Shown here: positions 11,700 through 25,531 of the stretch, one piece after another
Layout: each line of letters begins with the position of its first letter
Position numbering within the stretch: the first letter of the stretch is position 1
Assembly (NCBI GenBank): GCA_000934665.2
Contig: KZ538322.1
Span: 1 to 64,000 of the forward strand
From: Catajapyx aquilonaris
Taxonomy: Eukaryota
Reading direction: 5' to 3'
DNA length: 64,000 nucleotides
Position numbers and translations under genes: made by a program
Notes under the pieces: model-generated
The model's database searches: none
What the model saw: only the letters and a program-made list of their open reading frames with translations
Told to the model about the DNA's origin: nothing

Positions 11700-14400
11700 G
11701 CCCTCCTGCGGCCTTAAATGACCTGGGAAGACTTCCCAGGGAAGTCAAATCTAAAGTGTCCATGACTTTCTCCACCAAAAGTTACCCCTACTGACTTGGA
11801 CATTTTATAAAGACGGTGCTCCATATTGATTTGCATTCAGAACAATCAGACTTTCATTCACAAATGCAGGGTGGTCCTGGTCCAAAATATTTGTCCAACT
11901 GATATGGCTATTTGTTGGCACTAAGCTGCTTATTTTAGCAGTTGGTTTTGTATAGTTACTCTTAATGGTTATCCCAATTATTAGGTGCTTATTCTTATAG
12001 TAGGTACCTGTACCCATCCTATATTTAATGCCTTCAAGGAGGTCTGGCCTGCACAAAGTGGGTTCTGTTATTGACGTGAGATTCCAATAGTCCCAATGGG
12101 CAAGTTCTAATCGGAAATGCTTTGCAGGGACAGACACGAAAATGACATAATGATAATCGTATGCCAACAAAAATAATTATGAATTTAACTAGAAGCGCGC
12201 TAGTTTCTTTAATAAGGAGAAACAAAAACTCAACAAAAAACAACAGCACGACTGAACCATCTTGTCAGTTGCAGGTACTTGTTCTCATGAAGGTAATAAT
12301 TTAGATACCTATAATTACCTCCTGGTGATTGCAGCCCATCCAGTGAAATAAGGTGAGAAAGGTGCTGATAACATGTATCTGTTATATCCAAATGAGAGGC
12401 AGTGTATTTGCCTATTTATCGTGAGTTCTTATCAGGGAATGTTGCACTGTTTGAGCATTTTGGCATCATTTCAGCATTACAATTATGTTCGACAACTCAC
12501 TGATATGATTGAAAATTCCTTGTTGTGGATTCTCCTCCTTATTGCAAAGATACGTAAAAATTTTAAGTGTCGTCTTTTGCCTGGCATTACCAAGCTCTAC
12601 AAAGCCATCATATTAAGAAAAGTGCTTTGTAACGATATCATGGCTATTATTATAGGGTAGGGTATACTGTCCAAGTCCCCAGTTCAAATGAAGTAATCAT
12701 GTATTATCACTCCAACAACCCATTTAAAGAGAACAAACCCGTTGAACAATCAGTAAGACCATAATCACGTGTAAGAACGGTTCCTTTATTGATGACCGAT
12801 GCACTCAGTCTAGTGATTAGGATGTTTAGGCTATCATTATTGTTCAAATCCTGTTCCAGACCATCCTGAATAGGGGTTTTCCGTGTGTTTCCCCCGATTA
12901 ATTCCGCGATGATTTCCTTTGAGAATGTCCTCGGTTTCTTCCTTTCATCCGTCATGTTTGAGCTAACTTCTTGCTGGATTCCTTCGCTGATCATGATTAG
13001 ATGGTGCAGCAGCGAAATGCTTTTCGAAGCCATAACGGCTGCTCCCTATGAACCAACCAACCAAACTGGTTGTTGGGGTAAACCGGGGTAAACAATCCAT
13101 AACGTCCTCCTTATAACTGGAGACGTGGTCAGTGCACCACAATGGTTCAACCCCAGTTTTTCTAACGTGAATCTTCATAATCCACTGGCTAGTTATGTCC
13201 AAAAAAACAAGTGATTCAGGCGGGGTTTTTTTTCCAAGTTATCCAAGTTGATGGATGGGCGATTCCGGGTACGGCAGTGCTTAAATTCGTTGTGCCCCGC
13301 ACCCCATCTCACCTCAGCACAACCCCTCCTAAAAAGCCAAGTGTGATACCAGGTGTAAAGTGGATCCAAGTCCCCTTGTTCCCATCTGGGCCAAAAAAGG
13401 GTTCCATCAGTGTCCCTCAAGGGAGTTGGTGGCCGGCCGGTGGGTCCGTTGAGAAGACTGCAAGGGTGGGCCGGGTGGGGTACCCTGATAGGGTGGGGTG
13501 GGGGATCTGACTGACAGAATTCCCACCGTCTCTACGGCAGCAGCAGTGAGTCCGCTGGCCATTTGCATTTGACCAGCTGGAGAGGGTCACAACTTGCACG
13601 TGGCGCCATCTGTGTTGGCCCCCACCTGTACAGCAGGGGCCCGGGTAAAAACGGAGGGAAAAGGGCCGCCCTCAGGACCGTTGAGGGTTCGTCGGCAACG
13701 TCGCTCGTCTTTGGGACAACTGCCATGGTTATCATTAATCAATCACTACCTGGCTTTTGTCGCCTTTTTCCTTTTTACTCCTTGGTCGAGGGATCCTTCC
13801 AGATGCAGGAATCCCAACGGAATCATACCGGCCGTACTACAGCCTACATTACATTTTGACAAATAACACCTGCATTCGGCATGTACATTGTACTGTACAC
13901 TTGGATCAGGAACTGATGCCCATTCATCGGGAACTAAGGCCTACCTTTTCTCACACCTCGTCATCCCTAAACAGCTCATGATTAATGGGTGTCCTTTACG
14001 TGGATGCACGCACAAAAATGTGCGAATGTAGGCTTCAACCCTCAGGTTTTGGGCCAGTCAGCAGCTAGGGGTCGTTATTATGAATTTTTGCAATTGTGCG
14101 AAGTGAAAGAAGTGGAGGCAGGAGGCATGCTGGTGCTGCATCAGAGGGCAGCTGCCAAGGGGGTCATCCAGCAGTTTGTGCAGTTGGAGCGGCTGCTGAT
14201 TTTGGGGCTGCACATGGCGCCTTCTGGCTCACAACTAGCTGCTCGCCATTTGCACGTGGCCGGCTGGCGAACTTCCCGGAAAACAACGCCGCCAGATGCC
14301 ACTCAGTCCATCTCAATAGGCGGCGTCATTTGCAGGGTCTATTGTCTATCTGCGCACAGCTCAGCTGCATTCACTGTTCCCGATCGTTTTTTTGTTGCAA
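9300..14400 (-). pseudogene. Decayed large transposase-like ORF relic (DUF6729-type DDE family suspected)
   Basis: Chain of minus-strand ORF fragments broken by stops and homopolymer frameshifts. Motifs in order: SINLDNLEKK, RKTGVEPLWCTD, FVELGNARQKTTLKIFTYLC, CGQP..GHS..FSFFP. Similarity is from memory only. Confidence 0.35.
11616..11697. repeat. (ATT)n microsatellite
   Basis: About 27 perfect units. Confidence 0.95.
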
Positions 14401-14859
14401 AAGTAATATGACACTGGCACAATATCGGGTCAGTCACGCGGTATGATATTAACGTTTGGTGGTCAACTAACGTATGAAATTTGAACCCTTTTGCTTTGCA
14501 TATGATTGAGGTATCAGAGGGTTTTTTTTTCCCGAATCCATGCGTGGATTTCTTTTGGATGGTATGACATATTTGACATTTGATTCGAAGCGATTTTTAA
14601 ACTTCTGTTGTTTGATATATAGTACCGATACAGTAGCCGGTACAGTGCAATTCCATATCCAGATTGCTTCTGTTTAGCTACAAAGCAATATTTAATTTAA
14701 ATGGAAAACGAGGGAAATATGCAGGGTGAAACACTTCCGAAGTCCACCAATCACAACAAAATAATGAATGTGGCCCTCATTGTTGCTTCTCTTTCCAACT
14801 AGTTGCCCGGGTAAACAATCTGTAACTTTTCACCCTATATGCATACGGCCCATATACAA

Positions 14860-16305
14860 GTACAAGATCCCCCCACCTACCCCATATCAGCGGGAGATGG
14901 TTCAAAGCACCCAGCGGATGCTTAAAACCGCGGACAATACCGAACCATATACAGTATAATGTAACTTATGTTATAAAACATACATATGCATATGATCCAG
15001 CTAATGTATAATGTTTAAAATTATACACATGAATACACCAACAAAAATAAAACTATGAAATACGATATTTGACCATGGAAACTCATCGATATTTCTATGT
15101 CACTTGGATCACTCGTAACTCATAATGACCATTCATTTTGTCTGAAATATTTGTTTGTTACTTCGGGGCAGTCAAAAAACCTAATTCCTCGAAATATAGG
15201 GATCATTCCGAATCAAGTGGGTCGAAATGTTGCTAGACCAGCTCCGATTTTGGTGAAAAATCACATCCGTACACACATACGCTATAATGCTGCATATCAA
15301 GTTTCAACCATATTGCGCAATACCACGGGGAGGAAAAAATCGCGATATTTTGGAAAAGGCTGAAAATTTGGGTCCTTGAAAATTAATGGTAGGGCTAGTA
15401 TTTGCAAAACATATCTATTATTTTCTCGCGAACCAAGCATGAACCAGGTTTCAAACTGAACATATTAAACCTTGTGTGGGTCGCAACTCCTGTCATCAAA
15501 TATGACTGATGTTACGCAAATACATCACTGGATGTTGGGGTCAAAATTCTTTGGCATGTGACCAATGGAATGCCATGCACATTATTCTGGTTACATTTTA
15601 GAGGAAAGCTAATTCCATTAGTTGCATCTCCTCGTGTTTCTCTTTCACTTGATATACATTATACCAGGGATTTAAGCTGACACTCGCCTTTTCGTCGAAA
15701 TGCGACAAAAACCCCGATTCGACGAGAAAACCCCCCGGGAAATTCGCCGAAAAGCTCCAGATAAAAATAATAATGAAAGGAAGGGTTGACAGATTTTCAA
15801 TTATTATGCCCAACTCTGTAACCCAGGGATACTTCCGCGGTACAGATTCAGACCCTACCAAGACTTAGTGTCTCGGGGTATAATCTGGCCAAATTAATTT
15901 ATTGTTGTGCACTGGCTTTTTACTTCGTTTCAAATTTCCATATACTCCTGATATCCAGCATTTCGGTTTTGGCTACAACTTTTCTGATTCAGCTAGAACT
16001 TTTAGGTGCAAATTTCAGACAAAATTAATGGTCATTATGAGTTAGAGTTACTAGTGACCGAAGGAACATGGAAAAAGCGATGAATTCCCATCGACAGAAA
16101 AAGTTGAAAATTGGTTGCATAGTATAAATTGGACTCGTTATACAATTAAGTAGAGTAAAAATGTACTAATAAAAATGCTGCACAGACAGGCGGGCACGAG
16201 CAATATTAATAATTGTTTGAAATTTCAAACTGAATATTTTTATTTAATATTTTAAAACTGCGGATAAAGGGTAACTGCGAAACCGTGGATAAGGGGAAAG
16301 TGAAT
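14860..16305. mobile_element. Degenerate pogo/Tigger-like non-autonomous element with a nested inverted-repeat element (~15075-16095)
   Basis: Left end ...GCGGGAGATGGTTCAAAGCACCCAGCGGATGCTTAAAACCGCGGACAATACCGAACC and right end GGTAACTGCGAAACCGTGGATAAGGGG resemble Tigger-type ends. Internal inverted repeat AACTCATAATGACCATTCATTTTGTCTGAAAT / ATTTCAGACAAAATTAATGGTCATTATGAGTT. Confidence 0.55.
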
Positions 16306-19302
16306 TTAATACCTTCTTGAGTTTTATCACGACCGTCACCAGTATATCTGATCGATCATCAACCTTATGATACAGAGTGACGATTGTTTTGTATTGTATA
16401 ACTTGCAATAAAGGCCTACTCCACTTCGATCGTAATATTAATCCTCTAGTGTTGACGAACAATCAAGTCCAGAAAATGATTATACAGTATAATACTGTCA
16501 GAGCGATATGGTCTGTTCTTCCAACTTGAGTCATTCTACAGCGCAATTATTCCACCACACATTCCTGTCAGCAATTTGATTCCACAGTTTCCCCCACTTC
16601 CTGCTGCATCAAAGGTACAGTACCTTGCTTTCCTTTATCACTAGATAAGTGATAGGTATTCAATTTTTATGGGGAATATTAGACAGAAAGGCGACAGTGG
16701 TAGTCAAACAGGGCAGGTATGTAGTACAAGCAGAACCGTAGGCAATTGACTATCCAATGTGGTGCAGTCAAGAGCCACACAGAGAGTGTCGGAGGTCTTT
16801 ATTGGGAACCAGCAAAGAAGTGCAAGTATGGACACCGTCGCGTCGTCAATACGTACGATAATCGAAGGTCAGATTATGGAGACGTCATTGTATTTAATCT
16901 TGCTCACACACCACACACAAGCGTTCGGGTAACTGCATTGTGCTGGAGAGCACAAGCTATAGTGGCACAGTATAAAGTGTTTTCATTCAAAGGAAACAAA
17001 ACCAAAGTGCGGCACAGGCCTACTAAAAAAGTGATAAGATTGTAATTTGAAAAATATACACATATCCGGCCGGTGCAGTGTAAATTTTACATAGACAGAT
17101 GGGTAAGGCAGGACACGTTGTGACTCGAAGTCCGTGTGGGACTGGAATTCATGGCCGGCCTCCTTATGCCCCTGCATCTGCTGCAACCAGGCCGGATATA
17201 CGAGTATAACTGGCGGAAGATTTCCGGAAGGACTGTATATACCCACAAGCCCCAACTGCCTACATAAGGCCCACTTTTGTTCCATTCCACACCTGCACTC
17301 AATAGCAGCTGTTCCCAATAGTTCCATTTGTATACCAATTTACTCCAAGTTAGTAATTTCTTAAATCTGCCTAATTACTCGTGCGCTTGGATACTAACTA
17401 GAATCAGTAGCTAGATTAGTCTGTAGAATGAATTAAAATTATTTTTGAGGATATGTCAACCTCTTGTGTTGCGATATCTATTACAACGGACATTCGCTTC
17501 GGTGAGTGATACTTGTTTGAACCATATCGACATGTCAATTTTCCTATCTGCCTGCAATATGTAGGTGGCACCTGCCTGGATCATCCTGCCAGTTTACCAC
17601 GAGAAATATTATCATATAAGTCATTGCTCTGCTAATATCACCTTTTAACACTGCCATGTCAGCCATGTGATTCACAATATTTTTGCTTTATCAGTCATTG
17701 AACTGATTATTGGTGGGTTACCAGACCAATGCAAAGCTGTACAGTTGATGTGTGGAATGTGACCACTGATGTTAGCAGATGCGGTCCCCAAAAACCAGCT
17801 AAGCAGACTTGGGGCACTGTCGTAGCCCTGGGGCCACTCGAATATTTTTTTCCCACATTTTTCCTCCCCTTCTTTTCTCTTCCTTTCTTCTCTTTTCTCC
17901 TTTTTTCCCCTTCCTTTCTGAAGGCGCTGACATGGGTTTGCTATGCGATCCAGCAACAGGCGGGTAGGACACAGGTGTTTCCTGACCATACCAGTGAGGA
18001 CCCACCTGGGCCACCCACCCCCTTCAGCTTCTTTTACCACGGTTTTTGGAAGTCCACATCTGGAGAACTCACTTATCGCACGATTATGTCCAGCTGCACG
18101 GATTGAATATTTCATATGAAATAGTTGGCGGTCCAGTAGCGGACACACTTGGATTTGACGTGACGACAGACGTGTGGCAACAGCTGTGGATAAAATGGTT
18201 AAGCATAAATGATTCTCATTAGCCAGGCCATTGTGGGTGTAGTGGCAATATTGGCGTGGTGGTGAAGGAGCCATCTGCGGCAGGAAAGACGAAAGAGGAG
18301 ACAGCTGCATGCCGGCCGTTTGCTTTATACACCAACATCTATACTTGCCACCTTGTTTCTGCTTCCTTCCGCATTGCGAGCTGGTGCGTCTGCTGTCTCC
18401 TAGCTGCCAGAGCCACCTTTCTTCAAGGAGGCATTTTGCACATGCTCTTCCTTCCTTCCGTTCGCACTTCCTTCCAGCTGTGGATCAGGTGCAGACACTG
18501 GCCCAGACGGAACATTCAGGATGTCATTTGTAATGGTCAAGGTCTCGCCTTCAAGAAGGCTATTGTTGGTGCAATGTGTCAGGAGGATACAGATTTGAAA
18601 GATTTGAAAGAGTGGGTGGGCAGGGCCAAAAATATGGTGATTTATCTCTCGAGAGTGTGCAGGGTGCACTGCTCAAGTCCTTAAGGGTTAGGTGAAGTCG
18701 TTATAGAGTGTTTATCCGCAACTTTTCCTCTGCCACCTTCTTTAACTGTGGGTTTGAGCAATGCATCATCCTGTTTACATTATTTTGTAATTTTTTGTGT
18801 ATTAATGTTAAATGAACACTTTTCCACATCTGACATTTGGGAAAACTACGGTAGGGGCCTATATGGCGACTCTGTATAGCTATCAGAACGAAACCTCAGT
18901 GCCCTATCTCGATAGCACAAAAGGTCACAAAATAATTGGCTCCCTTTCAATCGAGTCTAATTGGTTATAATGGCTGTAGAGTCCTTTCATATGAGCCTGG
19001 AAAACAAAATCAAAAACACGTGACTGCACATGACCTCTCCATCTCGAACTAACACAAAATATGCCGTTTTTCTCCAACAGAAATAAATAAACACAGAAGT
19101 TGATGTAACTTACATGCAGGGGCAAACATGACTCGAGAGAAAGTATATTTCTTGATGCAATGTGCACAATGCGCCACAAAAATTGCATATTTTGAATTCA
19201 CCCCATGCACGAGTTCATCCTGGAGAGTACGATATGCGCACATCGTCGTTAACATGGTAGCGTACTATATGGGGTTCAAATTGTTTTGGCCACTTTATCC
19301 TG

Positions 19303-19791
19303 GTCATGCGAGTCACTTGATGGAGGCAGTATACTTATCCAACGGGAAATATTGTATGGTTTCATGAACAGGCTTTTGAAACAGAGAACGTACCGGTACA
19401 GTACTACACCGTACTCATTCACAAGTCTCAATCTGAATGAGTACTCAGTCTCCTGCAAGGTAGCTAGTATGGGGCTCAAATTGTTTTGGCCACTCTATCC
19501 TGGTCTTGAAGCAACCCTTCGCTAAAGGCCCCACGTTGAGCAGGTGTGTGTGTGTGTGTGTGTGGGTGAAGGGTTGCTTCAAGACCAGGATAAAGTGGCC
19601 AAAACAATTTGAGCCCCATACTAGCTACCTTGCAGGAGACTGAGTACGTACTCATTCAGATTGAGCCTTGTGAATGAGTACGGTGTAGTACTGTACCGGT
19701 ACGTTCTCTGTTTCAAAAGCCTGTTCATGAAACCATACAATATTTCCCGTTGGATAAGAGTATACTGCCTCCATCAAGTGACTCGCATGAC
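19303..19791. repeat. 489-bp near-perfect palindrome
   Basis: 19303-19467 is the reverse complement of 19621-19791, with few differences. Confidence 0.9.
19468..19620. mobile_element. Hairpin MITE (same family as 8182-8319) at the centre of a larger palindrome
   Basis: TIRs TATGGGGCTCAAATTGTTTTGGCC / GGCCAAAACAATTTGAGCCCCATA; internal (GT)n. Confidence 0.85.
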
Positions 19792-21402
19792 ACGTAGAAA
19801 GGTATATCGTAAATGGAGCAAAAAGTGGGCTTGCAAAACGTTAGGATGTGTACTGTATATGAAGAGATGAATGGGTTGCTGGGAGAAAAGAGAATCAAGT
19901 GGCGTGTAATAAGCAGTAAAATGAGCGGTCGCGAAGGACTGTGTATAGTGAGGGACCCCTAGAATGAGTTGTCACATGTCACGTTTACGCCACAGGATAA
20001 TCCCTGCCTTTCCGGTAGCAGGAGAAACGAAAGGTTGGCAACATATGGCAGAGACCTGCTTGTGTGACTACATGAAATAGTGTCATTTCAGGAGACAAAT
20101 TTTGTCAACTGAAATCAGTTTTGTCCAACAATAATTTGACGTGAATTATTAGGTTTGAACATAACTTTTTTGGCTGATATTATTTTCTGATATTGTTGAA
20201 TCACGGCTACATAACCGTCACCTTCTTATGAACGAAGTCCCCCAGCATGTTGGTCACAGCTGCCTGACCGCGTTAGCCCCAACCAAGACATGAATCACTT
20301 CCTTACTTTCCAGAAATGGCTTCACTCACTCACTCACTCAAAACGAGCGGCAGGTGTCCTCCTTATTTTTCCTTTGTTTGCAATTTTTTTATTTATTTGC
20401 CGGAATCTAGTGTGACCGACATTTTTTTTTTTTTTTTGTAGTCCACGCACCGATGAATTCTGCAAAAGACGATTCGTACTTGAAATATCTGCTACTACGC
20501 ATATCGCGTCTAGCCAGCACCTAAGCTGGTGAATGGCACCGATGCATACTCACACATGCAGGTGGCTGCCAAGGACTCTTGAGGCAGTCTTGTGAGTCCA
20601 AGCACATCTCCCGCTTTTATGGAGAGGAAGCCAGCCAGGGAATTAAAAAACGGGTGTCTCCGGAGGGGAACTTACACCTAGCTACAACAGTACAAGGTGC
20701 TGTCATCCCTAGGGAAGATCCATGCTTGGATACTTCCTGAGGACTCGGACATGACCGGAGATGGGTGCTTACAGAGAGTATTAAAGTACCGTAACTAGGA
20801 TAAATTGTCCTCTTGGCATTGTCAGGGTTTAAACATAAATCAAGTCACTTCCCTGACCTAGGTACGTATTTTGATGGCATTTATCTGGAAGTTAGCCATG
20901 CGAAAATGGTACATCTTATTATAATGTACAGAAACGTGAGAGAAAATCGCAAATCTGAAACTTTCTCTACATACAAAAATTTCACTTCTTAAATGCAAAT
21001 ACTGGAATAATTTGCATTCCAGGGCGAATGACAGGGCATTAAAAAACTACTGAGGGGACTCTGATCTTAATCATCTGATACAGGTTGGTATACAGGGACA
21101 CTCACTCCCTCAGTTGTTTCATGTAAGGCGATACCTTGACCTATTATGTGATTAGTTGATTACACGACTTTTGCCTGGGAGGCACAATAGTAGCGTGTGG
21201 TAGCAATTAGTGTTTTAATTTCTTATCTAAGTATAGGGAATATCGTACAGGTCAAAACACCATTTTAAAAACTTTGGCAGATGGGAAGTGTCCTTCATAA
21301 TATTACCTATATTTCGAGTAGACCCTAACAATAAGAATGTAATATCCACCTGACGACGTAATGAAGCTCTGCATCCAAAATTATGCAGAGTAATTGTGTC
21401 CA

Positions 21403-21528
21403 AAGGGTAAATCACTCGGCAGTTGAGCGTACTTGCCGTAAAAAACCGGACTTGTCAGACTTAGTCCCGGACTTGGTCGGACTTGGCGCCTTATACCGTA
21501 CAACGGACTTGATGAGTGATTTACCCTT
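21403..21528. mobile_element. Small MITE with TIR AAGGGTAAATCACTC
   Basis: 15-bp TIRs; internal short GGACTT repeats. Confidence 0.65.
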
Positions 21529-21820
21529 GGATTTACCCCTTGATGGTGTCTTGGAATAATTCAAGGAATCATTACAAATCTGAAGCAAATGCTAGATTTA
21601 CTGGCAACTCTGTATAATTATGTCAACTTCTGTCGTTAAAGAGAGAGAATATCGCTCGACCCATCCAAAATAATTTAGGCTAAAATAACAAAAATTGACC
21701 GCTTATTTGAGGAATAATATTATTTTATATATTCCCCGTTACCATTTGCATAGACATATAGGGAATGCAAGGTGACGAAGAAGTGTTTTTCCGGGTTTTT
21801 CCGGTATGGGACATAAGTTG

Positions 21821-21821
<1 letters not shown>

Positions 21822-21886
<65 letters not shown>
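21822..21886. repeat. (ATT)n microsatellite
   Basis: About 21 units. Confidence 0.95.
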
Positions 21887-24800
21887 GAATAGTAAAGCGC
21901 ATGAAAGGAAGCAACAGTAATGCCGGTGTCACATCTTCCCAATACAAAGTACAGTAATGAATGAAATCCTTCACATTCAGAGCCCCTTTTATTACTTGAA
22001 TGTGCTCTACGCCACAGTACCCCGATCCAAGTACGCTCATTCATAGGAGCCATACCGAGGATGCAGTAATCCGTCGGAATTAGATACAATCCTATATAAT
22101 TAGGCGCGACTCATTTTGGTGCACACACTAATTACCGAGCGGGTCCTCCCAACTCTTCCCTATTCCACCAGGTGTTCGCAGGTGTATGAGTAGACAGGAT
22201 GGGGGGGACTTAAAAAGAGGAGTAAGAGGGGTGGAAAAAAGCAAAGCCCAGGTTCCCTTGTACGTAAGCCCCCCCCCCCCCCCGGANNNNNNNNNNNNNN
22301 NNNNNNNNNAGCCCCCCCCCCCCCCCCCCGGGTCTGATCCTCACCCTGATTTACGAGCGAAGGCTAATTGAGAGCATCCTGGCCGCCCCACATCCTTGCC
22401 CTGCTGTCCTTGGCTGCATTATGTAATTCGGACTCTTGAATGGAACTGGTTTTGGCGCTCTCTGCCACCTGTACGATCCTGGCGGCCATTTGTCAAAATT
22501 TGGCTAAAGTCGTGTGTGTGCTGGCGACGAGTGAAGGACGGGCTGGCAGATGGCAGCCTATCTCACTTCACTTCACATCACTTCACCTCACCTTCACTTT
22601 TTCTTCGGCTGTCATCCGTGCTTCCTTCCAGATGCTGAGACCAGCTCACTGGACTGTGTCATCTTCTCTCATGCCTTTTTTTTTTTTTAAAAAAAAAAGC
22701 CTTTGTTCATTGTCCCTCCCCATTCATTCAGCACATTTTATTCTCATTAAAGAGATTTTGCATGTGTGTCAAAAGGAGTGCGTAGATTTCCATGGGTGGA
22801 TGACTTCCATCCGCACGGAGAGCACCTGTTCCCAGGATTTTTCTCAAACTTGTCTTGGTCCCTAGGGAATGATTCCCACACCTTCCAGGTGGAAGAAGCG
22901 CCTGAAAATTGTTGGCCATTGTTGCGCCAGTTTTTTAAAAAAATGTACTCTGACTTGGCCCTGGATCCGGAGATGTTCCGGATGCATATGTCAACCGTTC
23001 GAAATATTTGATGGCCAGACGTTTGGGAGACATCCAAAGGGCTAATCTGAACCTCATCTCCGGTAGTGTCGATTGTCATCTCCTTTCCAACTTCCTCCGT
23101 GGCAAACGAGCCAAAAGGAAAATGAAACAGGACTGGCGTAATCGGCGTGTATCTCAGTGTCCAAGTCACTCACCAAGGTGACGTTGCCGCCGCTAGTGAC
23201 CACTTTTGATCTTTGTCTGCAAACACTTGGGCAGCATTCCTAGTGTTTCTTTGCCAGTTTTTGCGACGGTAGGCTACATGGCGACGAAGCGAAACCGGCA
23301 GTCGAGGAGGACATGTTGCAAATCGTGTGGTAAAACCTCCGATGACCGTACCGCCGGTCCCTCAACCGCCTTTTGTGCAGTGACCAGTAGCCTTGCTCAA
23401 ACATCGGGTCGTTTGTGCCATGTAGAAACTGGCTGTTCCGGTAACCTAATGAGGACAATTTGGAAGCAGCGCCAAAAAGTCAGGCCAGTGTTTACCAGAA
23501 GGGAAGCCGTGAGATTGGTCAAAAGACCTGGCTCCCACTTGCGAGGTCCTCTAGCTTACTTTATGGGCCTCTCTTGTACACAGAGTCAAGGGAGGGCCGG
23601 TCTGACTGCTCAAAGGGCTAACCTTGTGGTTATGTACATTATTGCCGTAATTCACCGGCAAACTAGATCGCCTTTCTAATGGCCGCATTATACGTGCAAT
23701 ACAATATTGAAAGAATGAATAGAATAGGGGGGGGGGGGGGCTAGAGTCCAGCTGTCTATTTTTTGGAGACGAATATAACGGCGTTGGAGTTCTTATTTGG
23801 AGTGTTCATTGGATGTTCATTCTCACAGAATGAACACTGTGGACCAGTACCTCATTTCAAAAATTGCTGAATGAAGTTTTTTTTAAAGGCTTAATGGTTC
23901 TAACAGCGGTTTAAAACTTAGAACCGCACTGGCTACATAAGTGATAGGCTGTACTGCTTATTTAAAAAAATTATCATTATAGTGAGGTGTAGGATGGTCT
24001 ATTAGTCATTCTTTAGCTGTATATAAATGTCAAGTTAGCTTGAACTCGCGTTCGATAATTCACTCCTTCGCTTTTTGGAAGTACCGGTATGTCTTGTGGC
24101 AACAAACTGCACGTCAGCGACGAGATGGAAATTCATGTGGAACCCCTCCAACCCTACGATAACGCTTGCACGATTTTGATAAGTTAACCATGTTTGTGTG
24201 CGTTACTTTTCATGGTATACACTGTGGCATTTTGTAACGAGGGATGAAGGACCGCTTTGTGCTCTGACAAGCATAAATTCTACGGCGATAAGGAAAAGAG
24301 ATAATTACATTTTTTTAAACATCTTAATAATTTTGTTGCTGAAATAAGCCAGTGGACTGCTAGGGTAGACATGTACACAGACTGGGTAGTCTCCACCAAC
24401 TAGAGCCCTCTGGAACAGCACTAGTCATATTCAAGCTAGATCAATACTAGGGCTCTTTCCGAATCCCCTGGGATGGAATGCTGCGGCAAACAAGCCTATA
24501 GATGACTTCCTCGCGTGTGTATATCAATTGTAATGATTTTGGGGTTGCCCAACTGACTGCCTTAGCCCTGGAGTGTTTTATACAATATATTTGTAATAAT
24601 GTTTACACTAGATAGGCCTGAAGCATAGCCAGTTATAGCGAGATGCTACATCACAGCAATTGATATTTATTACTTTAATAGATAGTATTGGGTAGTATTG
24701 TACGTAGGGATACAAACTTATGTGTACAGCACTTAAATGCTATTTTTATCCGTACCTATTGCATGTAGTGTAAGTTGAAAATAGGCGGAAAACATTCGTC

Positions 24801-25531
24801 GACATTTGGCCTTGATGGTTAAAAGAGAAACCTAATTAGTATAGTAAATAACGACCCGTTAGACATTATTTTTTGAATGATATTTTGCTCACACGCAAGT
24901 GACGACATCTGAGTCTAATGAAATGGCTGGGATTATGCCAAAAAATGCAATATTTCTGCGAAGACGCTATTTTACACATTATGCAATGTTTTTGTTTCAC
25001 AGAGAACGTAATATTTATAGACTGATGCATGTGTGCTACTGCGGATTTGCAAGGATGAGTTGGCGATACCGTGGGGGAAACGAAAAGATTTTCTGCAGCC
25101 AGGTATATATTTGCCAAAGGCGAACACGAATGCGGCTTTGCTTTTCCCAAGAGAGGAATGATCGATGTTCCCTCTTGACCAGCAGCAGAAAACCTGAACA
25201 TTCTGTATGCTTGGGAATTTTGTGAATTCTAGTAATTGGAATTTGTTGCTATATGAGATATCTTGATAATGTCCATTACCAATAATATACAAAGGGATGC
25301 GATACCAAATGGTATAAATTGTGAGACACGAATGGACAAAAATTTGTATACCTATTTTTGTAGTTAAGTTATGTAGGTACTCGTAGAGTGTCAATCGTGC
25401 AGTAGCTGTGCAAAGATGTGGGTGTGCACAGTCTTCTATAGTGTGCACCAAGGATGAGAACTGTTATTCGGTTTTGGATATAGAACCGACAAATTCTGTT
25501 GAAATGTATCGACAAGTGCAGGCACTACAGT

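Larger units (their letters stand above)
17670..23680 (-). pseudogene. Second decayed DUF6729-type transposase relic, interrupted by MITEs, a microsatellite and a gap
   Basis: Minus-strand motifs in order: PEQPVSTWHKRPDV*ARLLV (~23440), VSDLDTEIHADY, SHPPMEIYALLLTHMQNLF (~22800), KRGSECEGFHSLL (~21980), NSLLEGETLT (~18560), RCGLPKT (~18050). Confidence 0.4.

Noticed and set aside
11587..11794. Poly-Ile ORFs on both strands (also 21739-22089 in part)
   Set aside because: Produced by (ATT)n microsatellites
16746..17364. Cys-rich short ORFs
   Set aside because: No coherent frame or recognisable family
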